A stretch of 64,000 nt of DNA from Actinomycetota bacterium (GCA_017856385.1 JAFMFD010000008.1:506-64505); one strand, 5' to 3'. Positions 36,141-45,409 are shown, counted from the stretch's first letter. A program made the numbers and translations. The notes: generated from the sequence alone by a model not told the origin.

Positions 36141-37936
36141 CCGTGCCCGTCCCCGCGTGGGATCCGCCGTGGGAGGCCAAGGGCGCACCCGGCTTCGTGC
36201 GCGTCACCAGCGTCATGACCCGAGACCAGGGCTGTCCCGAGCAGGTCGCGCGCAAGGCCCGTCCCGACCTGTATCCCGTCGCCCGCGCCCCGCGCGAGCC
36301 CTCCGGGCTCGGCTCCTTCCCGCTCGGCCTGGTCCGCGACGCCGCGCTGCTGCTGCTCACCACCCCGGCGGAGGCCGGCCCGGCCGCGGTCCGCATCCAC
36401 GATGCGGTGGCGAAGGCCGCCGCGCAGTCGCGCGACGACTGGCCCGACGAGTCGGTGGCGGCGGCCGAGGCTGGGGTGCTGGGCTACCTGGAGGTCCTGG
36501 AGTCCCTGCGCGCGGCCGGCGAGCTGCCGGAGAGTGTGGTGGTCGCGGACGTCGTCGCGGTGCAGGACCCTGAGGGTGAGCGCACGGAGTTCTGGGGATG
36601 GGCGGTCCACCACGTCAGTCGCGACGGCTCGGTGCGCGAGGTGCATCTCCTGCGCTGGCGGCGTGCGGGCGACGTGCCGCTTGGTCCGGCCGAGCCTGCC
36701 TTCCTCGCCCACGTCGCGGGCAGCGGCTTCGTCGCCGACACGTCGAGCGGGTGGTGGAAGCCGTTCCGGCCGACTCGGTCGATGGCCCAGCCGCCTGCGG
36801 CGGACACCGTGCGCGTGCGCGTCATCGGCGTGCTCGACGGGTCCAGCGACGTGCGGTTCACCGGCTCACCGCAGGAGGCCGAGCAGGCCTTCCTCGCGCA
36901 GGTGCCCGGGACGCTCGGCCGGCTCGCCGGCGGGGCGACGCGTGCCGGTCGCGGCTGCGGCACCTGCAACGTGCGCCACGTCTGCGAAGGCGTGCCGCAG
37001 TATCCGGGACTGCTCGGCATCGCGGGGTTCTCGACGAGACTGCGTGCGCTCTCACCGTCGGACCTGTGGACCCATGCCGCATGCCCCCGCCAGCTGCACC
37101 TGCTGCGCGACCTCGGCCTGCCGCGCGAGCGGCAGGAGCCGTCCGACGCGCTGCGTCGCGGCACCGCCGTCCATGACTGGCTCCGACTCGCGCACGAGCG
37201 GGGAGAGCCCTGCCGCGAGGCCGATCTCGACGCGAACGGGGGCGCGGCACTGCATGAGGTGCTCGGCTGGAGCTCGGACGACCTCGCGGCCCGCGCCCCG
37301 TACCTGCGCCAGCACCTGGCGCTGTGCCCGTGGTCCGACGCGGACGTCACCCGCATGGTGTCCGAGGTCGACATCACCGCGTGGGACACCGACGCCAACG
37401 TGCTGTTCAGCACGCGACCCGATGCCGCGTACCTCGCGGCCGACGGCCGGTGGGTGCTGCGCGAGATCAAGACCCTCAGTCCACGCAACCTGCCCGACGA
37501 CCCCAACGACCTGCTGGTCCGCTACCCGCAGGTGGCGGCGGCCGTCTGCCTCCTCGCCGACGGCTACCGACCCGATGCCCAGCCCACCCCGGGCCCGGGC
37601 CGCGTCGAGCTCGAGCTGCTGGGGCCCGAGGCCGGTCGCGTGCTCGTCTTCGATGCCGCTGATCCGGTGACGGTGCTCGTGGCCCGCACGGCGCTGGCCG
37701 GTCGGGTCGACGCCTGGCTGTTCGACGACGAGCACCCGATCGGGGTGCGGCCGCCGTGCGCGACGTGCGAGGTCGCCCGCTGGTGCGACCGTCGGCCCGC
37801 CGACGTGCTCGACGTGGCGGCCGAGGGCCTGACCGTGCCGCAGGCCACCGGCCCGGACTGGGATGTGCAGGCGCCCGATGTGGTGCTGCGCGACCTGATG
37901 GGCGTGGCCTCGGACGAAGAGGAGTTCCCCTTCTGA
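36137..37936 (+). CDS. tandem double PD-(D/E)XK / Cas4-like nuclease-fold protein (599 aa)
   Basis: ATGA overlap with the upstream gene. N-module GCPEQV plus CGTCNVRHVC (no ExK). C-module ACPRQL, GTAVHDWL, PDAAYL, LREIKT, CATCEVARWC. Confidence 0.8.
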   Translation: MTVPVPAWDPPWEAKGAPGFVRVTSVMTRDQGCPEQVARKARPDLYPVARAPREPSGLGSFPLGLVRDAALLLLTTPAEAGPAAVRIHDAVAKAAAQSRDDWPDESVAAAEAGVLGYLEVLESLRAAGELPESVVVADVVAVQDPEGERTEFWGWAVHHVSRDGSVREVHLLRWRRAGDVPLGPAEPAFLAHVAGSGFVADTSSGWWKPFRPTRSMAQPPAADTVRVRVIGVLDGSSDVRFTGSPQEAEQAFLAQVPGTLGRLAGGATRAGRGCGTCNVRHVCEGVPQYPGLLGIAGFSTRLRALSPSDLWTHAACPRQLHLLRDLGLPRERQEPSDALRRGTAVHDWLRLAHERGEPCREADLDANGGAALHEVLGWSSDDLAARAPYLRQHLALCPWSDADVTRMVSEVDITAWDTDANVLFSTRPDAAYLAADGRWVLREIKTLSPRNLPDDPNDLLVRYPQVAAAVCLLADGYRPDAQPTPGPGRVELELLGPEAGRVLVFDAADPVTVLVARTALAGRVDAWLFDDEHPIGVRPPCATCEVARWCDRRPADVLDVAAEGLTVPQATGPDWDVQAPDVVLRDLMGVASDEEEFPF

Positions 37937-37959
37937 TCGCCCGCGCCGACCACGGACGA

Positions 37960-40926
37960 TCAGGGCAGGGCGAGGTCCGGATGGGCCGCGTCAAAGGCCT
38001 GCTCCACCTCGATCGGGATACGGCCCCGTGCGGAGATCTCGAACCCGGCTGACGGAGCCCACTGCCGGATGCGGGAGATCTTCTCCGCGCGCGTGGCGCG
38101 ACCCGCGGGCGGCGTGACACCCGCATCGAAGCGCGCTGAGCTGCGGATCTCCGCGGGGGCACCGAGCTCCTGGATCACGGCCGGCTCCGGCAGGTCGACG
38201 ACCTCGATGCCCTGCTCGACGGCTGCCGCGCGCACATGCGCGTGGTGAGTGGTGAGGATGACCTGGCGGTCGCCGGCCCACGCCGCGAGGGCGTGCAGGG
38301 CGATGCCGGTGCGGTCGTCGTCGAAGGCGAGCAGGACGTCGTCGAGGACGACCGGCAGGGCGGTGACGCCCTGGGCGTGCTGCTGGGCCAGGCGATGCTC
38401 GAGGCCTGCGAGGCGCAGGGCGAGGAACACCTGGTCGGCGGTGCCCTCGGACAGCGCGTCGACGGTGACCGGCTCGCGGTCGCGTCGGTGGATGCGCAGC
38501 GTGCGCCGGCCGTCACCGGCCTCGCGCGACGACAGCGCGACGTAGCGACCCTCGGTCAGGGACTCCAGCAGCTCTCCGGCCCGATCGAGCGTGCTCGAGC
38601 CGTGGGCGAGGACCTGCGCCTCGAGCCGGTCATCGAGCAGGCGCAGTGCGATGACCGTCCGCGCGTACTCCTCGACCAGCTCTGCCAGGTGGTCGCGTGC
38701 GCTGCGGGCCTCCTGCGCGGCGGCCGCCGCATCGTCGGCCTCCTCGGCTTCGCGAAGTGCGTGATCGGCGGCCACCCGAACGTCGCGCGCCTCCTCGTAC
38801 TCGGCGATTCGCTCGTTGCGCTCGGCACGTCGCTCGTCGACCTCGTCCGCCAGGTCGGACGGCACCGCTGCGGCCAGGCGCTCGATCGCGGCGTCGACCT
38901 GCGCATCGGTCTCGAACACGGCCCGCAGCGGGATCCGCGCGTTCACGAGCTCGGTGGTGCGCTCGTCATGCTCGATCGTGCGTTCGGCCAGCTCCGCAAG
39001 GCCGTCCAGGCTGGACGGGTGCGTGGACTCGACGAGCGCGTCGAGCTGGTGCGCGATCACGCCCTCCTCATCGGCCGCCTCGGCGATGCGGGCCGCGATT
39101 CGCTCGTGCTCGCCGCGCAGGCGGGCGAGCTCCTGCCGCGCTTCACGCGCCCGCTGCAGCTGGTCGTGGAGCTGGGCCACCTGACCGGGAACGTCTGCGA
39201 CGACATCATGACGACGCGCCACCGTGGCCACGGACTCGGCGAAGGCGGACCACTGCGCCGCTTGCGCGGCGACCTGCTCCTGCGCCGCGGTCCAGGAGCG
39301 CAGGCCCTCGGCCAGCTGCTCCAGCAGCGAGGCCCTGGTCGACCAGCCCTCATCGGTGAGTCCGGCGGGCAGGCCGGCCGCCGCTGCGACGTCGGACCAG
39401 CGCCGCTCGGCGGCCTCGAGGTCGTCGCGGCGGGTGCTCTCCTCGCGAGCGGTGCGCTGGGCGCGACGCGCCAGCTCGTCGGCGCGGGCATCGAGGCGTG
39501 ACCACGCGGAAAGGTCCGAGGCGAATCGGTCGGCCGCCTCGTCGGCCCGCTGCTGGGCCTGCTCGAGCCGGGTCGCGAGGGCGTTGCGCGCAGCGTCGTC
39601 GAGCACTCGGCCGAGGGCGGCCGCCACGTCGTGCCATGCCGCATCCCGCGAGTCGCGCGCTGCGGTGACCTCGGCCGGGTCGACCTCGGCGGCCTCGCCG
39701 AGCTCCTCTCGGCGCTGCGCGAGTTCTGCCTCGGCCTCGCGTCGGGCCTCCCGCGCCTGCTGCCACACGAGCCTCGCCTGCCCGGCCTCATCCGCTCGGG
39801 CCTGCAGACCCGCCGCGACGTCGTCGCCGACGAGCAGCGCGGCAGCGGACGCGTGCAGGGACTCCGGTTCGGGGACCGGTGCCTGCAGGCGCTCGAGCAG
39901 CGCGACGACGTCGGCGCGCGCCTCGTGCTCAGCCGTGCGCGAGGTCTCCGCGGCCGCGCGGTGCGCCTGCGCCTGCGCCAGCCCGCGGTTGGCCTCGTCG
40001 ATGGGCTCGGCGTCGTCGAGGATCGGATCGGCGGCGGGGGATGCGGCGATCTGGCGCGCGATGGCGTCGAGGTCGCGCGGCAGGTGCTCGCGCTCCTGCT
40101 GCACGGTTGCGAGGTCGGCGATCAGGTCGACCGTGCGTCGGGCATCGGCAATGGGCATGAGACCGGCTGCCGCGAGGTCCGCCGCGGCCCCCTGGAGGCG
40201 GACTACTGCTGCGACGTAGTCCAGGGCGCTGATGTCGCGCTCGAGCCGATGGAGCGTCGTGGAGACCTCGTCACGCCGCTCGCGGGCCACCGCCTCGTCG
40301 CGCAGGGCCTCCTGCACCTGGTTCGCGAGGACCCGGATGCGGGCGGGGTCGACGGTGGCGCGCGACTCGCGCTCGCGGGCGGCCTCGAGAGCCGTGACGG
40401 CGTCAGCGATGAGGGAGTGCGCACTCCTGCGGGGGCGGAACAGGGCCTCGGCGCGTCGGGCGAGCCGATTCCGCAGGCGCCGTGCGCTGAAGCCCTCGTG
40501 GGAGAGGAAGATGACATCGGCCAGGTCGCCCGTGCCGGTGACCAGCTGGCGCCCGCCCTCGCGCATCGCGGCATGGTCCAGGCCGTGCGTGTCGAGCCAG
40601 GGCCCCCACCCCCGGACGGCGGGCAGCCAAGGGTCATCGATCCGGGTGAGGTCGTCGGCGCGCAGCACCTCCGACGGCGTGCGCCGGTACTCCACCGAGC
40701 CCACCGCGTAGGTCGCGATCGTGAACCGGACGCCGAGGTCGGTGGGTCGCACGCCATGGACGGAGGTGCGGGGCAGTCCGGACACCACAGCATCGAGTCC
40801 GGCGAGAAGCGTGCTCTTGCCGGCCTCATTGCGGCCGAACACCACGGTCAGCCCGGGCGCGAAGCTCAGCGTCGTCGGGCCCAGTACGCCGAACGGCGCG
40901 AAGGTGACGTCCGCGAGGTGGCTCAC
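37960..40926 (-). CDS. SbcC/Rad50/YhaN-like AAA ATPase with C-terminal Lsr2-type DNA-binding domain
   Basis: Walker A GRNEAGKST, long coiled-coil, signature LSEGTADQ, Walker B VVLDDVLLAFDD. C-terminus RIRQWAPSAGFEISARGRIPIEVEQAFDAA. Confidence 0.85.
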   Translation of the reverse strand: MSHLADVTFAPFGVLGPTTLSFAPGLTVVFGRNEAGKSTLLAGLDAVVSGLPRTSVHGVRPTDLGVRFTIATYAVGSVEYRRTPSEVLRADDLTRIDDPWLPAVRGWGPWLDTHGLDHAAMREGGRQLVTGTGDLADVIFLSHEGFSARRLRNRLARRAEALFRPRRSAHSLIADAVTALEAARERESRATVDPARIRVLANQVQEALRDEAVARERRDEVSTTLHRLERDISALDYVAAVVRLQGAAADLAAAGLMPIADARRTVDLIADLATVQQEREHLPRDLDAIARQIAASPAADPILDDAEPIDEANRGLAQAQAHRAAAETSRTAEHEARADVVALLERLQAPVPEPESLHASAAALLVGDDVAAGLQARADEAGQARLVWQQAREARREAEAELAQRREELGEAAEVDPAEVTAARDSRDAAWHDVAAALGRVLDDAARNALATRLEQAQQRADEAADRFASDLSAWSRLDARADELARRAQRTAREESTRRDDLEAAERRWSDVAAAAGLPAGLTDEGWSTRASLLEQLAEGLRSWTAAQEQVAAQAAQWSAFAESVATVARRHDVVADVPGQVAQLHDQLQRAREARQELARLRGEHERIAARIAEAADEEGVIAHQLDALVESTHPSSLDGLAELAERTIEHDERTTELVNARIPLRAVFETDAQVDAAIERLAAAVPSDLADEVDERRAERNERIAEYEEARDVRVAADHALREAEEADDAAAAAQEARSARDHLAELVEEYARTVIALRLLDDRLEAQVLAHGSSTLDRAGELLESLTEGRYVALSSREAGDGRRTLRIHRRDREPVTVDALSEGTADQVFLALRLAGLEHRLAQQHAQGVTALPVVLDDVLLAFDDDRTGIALHALAAWAGDRQVILTTHHAHVRAAAVEQGIEVVDLPEPAVIQELGAPAEIRSSARFDAGVTPPAGRATRAEKISRIRQWAPSAGFEISARGRIPIEVEQAFDAAHPDLALP

Positions 40927-42167
40927 GGTGTGTCTCCTGCAGAGAGCTCGTCGAGCAGCTCCTGCCCGGCCTCGGCGATCAGCGCGGACAGTGCCGTGGA
41001 TGAGCTGAGGTCCACACCGGAGTCGCGCAGCAGCGCCTGCGTGCGCGTGCGCACCTCCGTCAGCAGCGCACTTGCCTCGCCCGGCGCGAGGTCGTCGATG
41101 GCGCGCTCGAGCTCCGCGCGCAGCGCGGCATCCACGACGGGCGCGTCGGACTCCTCGTGCGGCGCTCGGTGCAGCGTCACCTTCTCCAGCGTGGAGCCGG
41201 CCACCACATCGCGGACCAGCTCGGTGAGCTCCTCAGAGGCGCGCAGTGCACCCAGAAGGCGGGGATCGGCGGTGATGCGCGTGCGGACGATGAGCGGCAG
41301 CGAACCGCTGTGGGCGCGCAGTTGCTGGTGGTCCGCGGCGATCGCGGCCAGCACGTCGTCGGCGGACGACATCGGGCGCGCGGGATCGGTCGCGTCGACC
41401 TCGATGACCTCCCAGCGCAGCACGTCCAGCGGTTGGAACTGCACGTGCGGGGCCCGTGGGTCGGCGAGGTCGACCAGCAGGGCGCCCTTGGGGCCGGTCT
41501 CGCGCACCGATCGGCCCTGGAGGTTGCCGGGGTAGGCGGCGAAGGTGCGCTGGCCGTCGAGGAAGCTGCGACGTGCGTGGACGTGGCCGAGGGCGACGTA
41601 GCTGTAGTCGAGGCTGCGGAGGTCGTCAGCGGTGCAGGGCGAGTAGTTGTCGTGCCCGGACGACCCGCCCACATTCGCGTGCAGGACGCCGATGTTCACC
41701 AGGCCGGGATCCGGCAGCGGGTAGTGCGCGGCCAGCGAGTGCTCGATGGCCGGCGTCGCGTAGCCCTGACCATGGAACGACAGTCCCGCGTCGTCGAGAC
41801 GGAGCGTCTCGGCTGACTCGACCGACAGCACGTGCATGGATGGGGGGTAGATGACCTCCGCCATCAGCACGCTCGCCGCATCGTGGTTGCCGCTCGCCAT
41901 GACGACGGGGATCCCGGCATCGGCGAGGTCGCGCATGCCCTCCACGAACACGCGTCGCGTGCCCGTGTGCTTCCACGACCCGTCGAAGATGTCGCCCGCG
42001 AGCACGAGTGCGTCCGGCTGCTCGGTGATCGCCCAGTCGATCAGGCCGCGGAAGGCGGAGCGGGTCGCACCGGAGATGAGGTCGGCGTCGGCGTGGTCGG
42101 CCAGCGCCGACGACAGCCCGGAGAGCTGGCTGTCGATGTGCAGGTCGGCGGCGTGGATGATGCGCAT
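40923..42167 (-). CDS. SbcD/Mre11/YhaO-like metallophosphoesterase (DNA repair exonuclease)
   Basis: IIHAADLHID, LAGDIFD, SGNHD, GHVH motifs. Stop overlaps the ATPase start. Confidence 0.85.
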   Translation of the reverse strand: MRIIHAADLHIDSQLSGLSSALADHADADLISGATRSAFRGLIDWAITEQPDALVLAGDIFDGSWKHTGTRRVFVEGMRDLADAGIPVVMASGNHDAASVLMAEVIYPPSMHVLSVESAETLRLDDAGLSFHGQGYATPAIEHSLAAHYPLPDPGLVNIGVLHANVGGSSGHDNYSPCTADDLRSLDYSYVALGHVHARRSFLDGQRTFAAYPGNLQGRSVRETGPKGALLVDLADPRAPHVQFQPLDVLRWEVIEVDATDPARPMSSADDVLAAIAADHQQLRAHSGSLPLIVRTRITADPRLLGALRASEELTELVRDVVAGSTLEKVTLHRAPHEESDAPVVDAALRAELERAIDDLAPGEASALLTEVRTRTQALLRDSGVDLSSSTALSALIAEAGQELLDELSAGDTP

Positions 42168-42263
42168 GCCGGACCCTCCCTGCGACCGCGGTGACCGATC
42201 TTCACCCTACGGGGCGCGGCCGACATCGAGCAGGCGCCGCGGCAGGTCCCGCGGGACCGGCGG

Positions 42264-43082
42264 TCAGGCCGTCGGGACCACCTGCACGTCGACCTCGATC
42301 GGCGACGCACCGCCGCGGCACGTCACCGACACCTCGGCCTCGACCCCGGGATGGCAGGGGTCGACGACTCGCTCGCGCACGATGCTGCTGCTCGATGTCC
42401 GCGCCGCCCCCGCGACGCCGTCCTGCACGATCCGCAGCAGGTCGCGCTGCGCGCAGGGCCCGAGCTGCGCCACCTCCGGCCCAACCCCGCTGATCCGCAC
42501 CTCGCGCAGCGGAGCCCACTGCTCGCGTACCGTCGTGATGGCCTCGTCGAGGGGCCGAGCCGGGGTCGCGGCGGGTCCGGTCATGTCGCGCACGATGCTT
42601 CGCAGCTGCCGGCATCGGCTTGCAGCGTCGGTCGCGCGCAACGCCCGGTCGAGTGCGTCGGCGGGCGGGGCACCACGCAGCTCGGCGACGAGGGCAGCCA
42701 GCTCGGCGCGCTGACGCTCGTCCAGGACCGCGACGCGCTGCCGCGCCCCGTCAGGTCCGTCATCGCCGAGCCGGCGCGTCACGGCCTCGCGGACGAGGGA
42801 GTCGAAGGTCGCGCTGACCGTGGGGGAGCCGAGTTGCGACGAGATCGCCCACCAGTCGTCCAGGGTCAGCAGGCTGGCGTCCTCGGCATCCGTCGGGATC
42901 AATCCGCCCGGCGCGGGGGCGGCCGTTGCCAGGCGCTGCCGCAGGGCCGACGCGATGACGGCGAGCTCGACGCGGGCGAGCTCGAGCTGCACGCCCTCCT
43001 CGGCCACGGGGTCGTGGGCAACGATGCACGCGCTCCCGCTGCCCCTGGCCGCGGTGCACGCGCTCCCTCTGCCCCTACCCAC
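42264..43082 (-). CDS. hypothetical protein (start uncertain)
   Basis: GC3 is near 100% at the 3' end. Lies between the response regulator and the sbcD-like gene on the same strand. No confident family. Confidence 0.55.
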   Translation of the reverse strand: MGRGRGSACTAARGSGSACIVAHDPVAEEGVQLELARVELAVIASALRQRLATAAPAPGGLIPTDAEDASLLTLDDWWAISSQLGSPTVSATFDSLVREAVTRRLGDDGPDGARQRVAVLDERQRAELAALVAELRGAPPADALDRALRATDAASRCRQLRSIVRDMTGPAATPARPLDEAITTVREQWAPLREVRISGVGPEVAQLGPCAQRDLLRIVQDGVAGAARTSSSSIVRERVVDPCHPGVEAEVSVTCRGGASPIEVDVQVVPTA

Positions 43083-43084
43083 GG
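43025..43084. repeat. 30-bp tandem duplication (2 copies, 26/30 identical)
   Basis: TGCACGCGCTCCCGCTGCCCCTGGCCGCGG / TGCACGCGCTCCCTCTGCCCCTACCCACGG. The second unit contains the response-regulator stop codon. Confidence 0.85.
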
Positions 43085-43722
43085 GGCACCGTCGACTGCC
43101 CGACGAGCTCGAAGTACGCCTGCGTGATCAGCACCCGCAGGTTCCCGCTCGGGCCCGGGTCCAGGCCCAACTGCTTGGCCAGGCGCGCCACGGCCTTGGC
43201 GACCGCGGGCTCGGTGAGGCTCCTGCGCCGGGCGATCTCGGCGTTCGAGCAGCCCTCGGCCACCAGTCGCATGACCTCGATCTGGTTGTCGCTCAGCGCG
43301 CGTCCTGCCGTGCTGGCCTTCAGGCCCTGCGGGGCCTTGCGCTCCTTGCACGGCGCCGCCAGCGCAGTCTCGATCGCCCCCGTCAGGAGCTCGGCATTCG
43401 CGATCGACCGCTTCGACAGGTAGATCAGGCCGACGGGCAGGTCCCGTGGGGATCCGATCAGCCGAGGATCCTGGTAGGTCGACAGCATGACCAGGGCGAT
43501 GGCCGGCAGGCGCTTGCGCAGCGCGTGGGCGACGTCGATGCCGTTCGGGCCGCCGCCGAGGTCGAGGTCGAGCAGGGCCAGGTCCGGACGGTGCTGCTCA
43601 GCGAGGGGCATCGCGGCCGCCGCGGACGGGGCATCGACGACGACCTCGGCGCCCAGCGAGCTCACCGTGCGCACCAGCAGGAAGCGCGTGAAGTCGTCGT
43701 CCTCCACGATGAGTGCCCGCAT
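43075..43722 (-). CDS. orphan LuxR/NarL-family response regulator
   Basis: MRALIVEDDDFTR, LALLDLDLG, LuxR HTH LSDNQIEVMRLVAEGCSNAEIARRR. No adjacent intact kinase. Confidence 0.85.
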   Translation of the reverse strand: MRALIVEDDDFTRFLLVRTVSSLGAEVVVDAPSAAAAMPLAEQHRPDLALLDLDLGGGPNGIDVAHALRKRLPAIALVMLSTYQDPRLIGSPRDLPVGLIYLSKRSIANAELLTGAIETALAAPCKERKAPQGLKASTAGRALSDNQIEVMRLVAEGCSNAEIARRRSLTEPAVAKAVARLAKQLGLDPGPSGNLRVLITQAYFELVGQSTVPRG

Positions 43723-43847
43723 GGCTCCTCCTGGCGTCTGGGCCCCGGGGTCGCCGGGGCGATGGGGACATCGTGGCCGAGTGTGCCCGGGACGCCCCGG
43801 GCCGCGCGACCTTTCGGGGTGCTGGCACCCCGTCTAGGATCGCGGGC

Positions 43848-44084
43848 ATGTCCAACCTACGCGTGGAGCCGGCCAACCCGTCCTGGACCGCCACCAAGGT
43901 GGTCGCCGTCATCGTCGCGGTCCTCACCGTCGGCTACATGGCGCCGTGGGCCATCGCAGCGGTACGCGACGTGCCCCACTGGAGTGTGTTCTGGGTGAAC
44001 CTGCTGCTGGGCTGGACCATCATCGGATGGGTCATCGCGCTGGTGATGTCGCTGCGCCGCCAGCGACTGGTCATCGAGGGCTAG
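43848..44084 (+). CDS. superinfection-immunity-family small membrane protein (78 aa)
   Basis: YMAPWAIAAVR...NLLLGWTIIGWVIALVMSL matches the Imm_superinfect pattern. TAGGAT sits 7 nt upstream of the ATG, suggesting a possible leaderless mRNA. Confidence 0.7.
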   Translation: MSNLRVEPANPSWTATKVVAVIVAVLTVGYMAPWAIAAVRDVPHWSVFWVNLLLGWTIIGWVIALVMSLRRQRLVIEG

Positions 44085-44125
44085 CGGGTGCGGCAGGGCC
44101 GCGGTCCGGCAGGCAGGCACAGCCT

Positions 44126-45409
44126 GTGAGCGGCCGCATCGTCATCATGGGATCGGGTGAGACGGCCCCGACCATGGTCAAGCTCCACCGCTCGCTCATC
44201 GCCCATGCCGGGGACGGGCCCCGAGCCATGCTCGACACCCCGTTCGGCTTCCAGGCCAATGTCGACGACCTGACCGGCAAGGTGCAGGAGTACTTCGCCG
44301 ATGCGGTGGGGCAGCCGATCGAGGTCGCCCGCTGGCGGCGGCACGACGACTCGGCGGCCTCGCGCGAGCGGTCGGTCGACCTCATCGGCCGCTCCCGCTT
44401 CGTCTTCGCCGGGCCTGGGAGTCCGACGTACGCCCTCGGCCAGTGGCGCGGCACGCCAGTCCCTGATGCGCTGGTCGACGTCATCGGCCGCTCGGGCACC
44501 GTCGTGCTGGGCAGCGCCGCGGCCGTGACGGCGGGGTCGTGGTCGGTACCGGTCTATGAGATCTACAAGGTGGGCGAGGAGCCGCACTGGGTCCCGGGCC
44601 TGGACCTGCTCGGCGAGGTCCTCGGGCTCGATGTCGCCGTGATCCCGCACTTCGACAACCGCGAGGGTGGTCGGCACGACACCCGCTACTGCTACCTCGG
44701 CGAACAGCGGCTGGCCGTGATGGAGGGGCTGCTCCCCGACGCGGTCGGCGTGCTCGGCGTCGATGAGCACACGGCGGTCATCCTCGATGCCGTGACCCGT
44801 GAGGTGGCCGTCCACGGTGCCGGTGGGCTGACGGTGCGTGCGGCGGGCCGCTCGCACGTGATCCCGGCGGGTCGGACCGTGCCGGTCGACGAACTGGAGC
44901 GTCTGCTGGCGGGGGAGACGGGCGAGTCCGGTGGTCGCGCCGCTCCAGCCGCCTCGGCGGCACCGGATCCCTCGTCCACGACGACGTCCGCGTCGCCGGA
45001 CTCGGCCCCGCCCTCGCTGCGCGATGCGGCGCTCGGGCACCGCGAGCGGTTCGATGCGCGACTGGCCGCGGGTGACGCCGAGGGTGCTGTCGAGGAGGCG
45101 CTCGCCCTGGAGGAGGCCATCCACGCGTGGTCCGCTGACACGCTGCAGGGCAGTGACGCCGATGCTGCCCGGCGCATCCTGCGCGCGATGCTCGTCGCCC
45201 TGGCCGGGGCGGCCCGGGAGGGCCTGCGGGATCCGCACTCGGTGCTCGACCCGGTGGTGCAGGTGGCCCTGCGCGCCCGCGCGCGCGCCCGTGCGGCGAA
45301 GGACTTCGCGGCGAGCGACCTGCTGCGCGATGACCTGCTCGCGGCCGGCATCGAGGTGCGCGACACCCCGGACGGCCAGGTGTGGGAGGTCGGGACGGTG
45401 CCGGGATGA
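44126..45409 (+). CDS. fusion protein: peptidase-S51/GATase-1-like N-domain plus cysteinyl-tRNA-synthetase-like C-terminal domain
   Basis: GTG 44126 (VSGRIVIMGSGE). C-terminal RARARAAKDFAASDLLRDDLLAAGIEVRDTPDGQVWEV resembles the CysRS C-terminus. Confidence 0.75.
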   Translation: MSGRIVIMGSGETAPTMVKLHRSLIAHAGDGPRAMLDTPFGFQANVDDLTGKVQEYFADAVGQPIEVARWRRHDDSAASRERSVDLIGRSRFVFAGPGSPTYALGQWRGTPVPDALVDVIGRSGTVVLGSAAAVTAGSWSVPVYEIYKVGEEPHWVPGLDLLGEVLGLDVAVIPHFDNREGGRHDTRYCYLGEQRLAVMEGLLPDAVGVLGVDEHTAVILDAVTREVAVHGAGGLTVRAAGRSHVIPAGRTVPVDELERLLAGETGESGGRAAPAASAAPDPSSTTTSASPDSAPPSLRDAALGHRERFDARLAAGDAEGAVEEALALEEAIHAWSADTLQGSDADAARRILRAMLVALAGAAREGLRDPHSVLDPVVQVALRARARARAAKDFAASDLLRDDLLAAGIEVRDTPDGQVWEVGTVPG

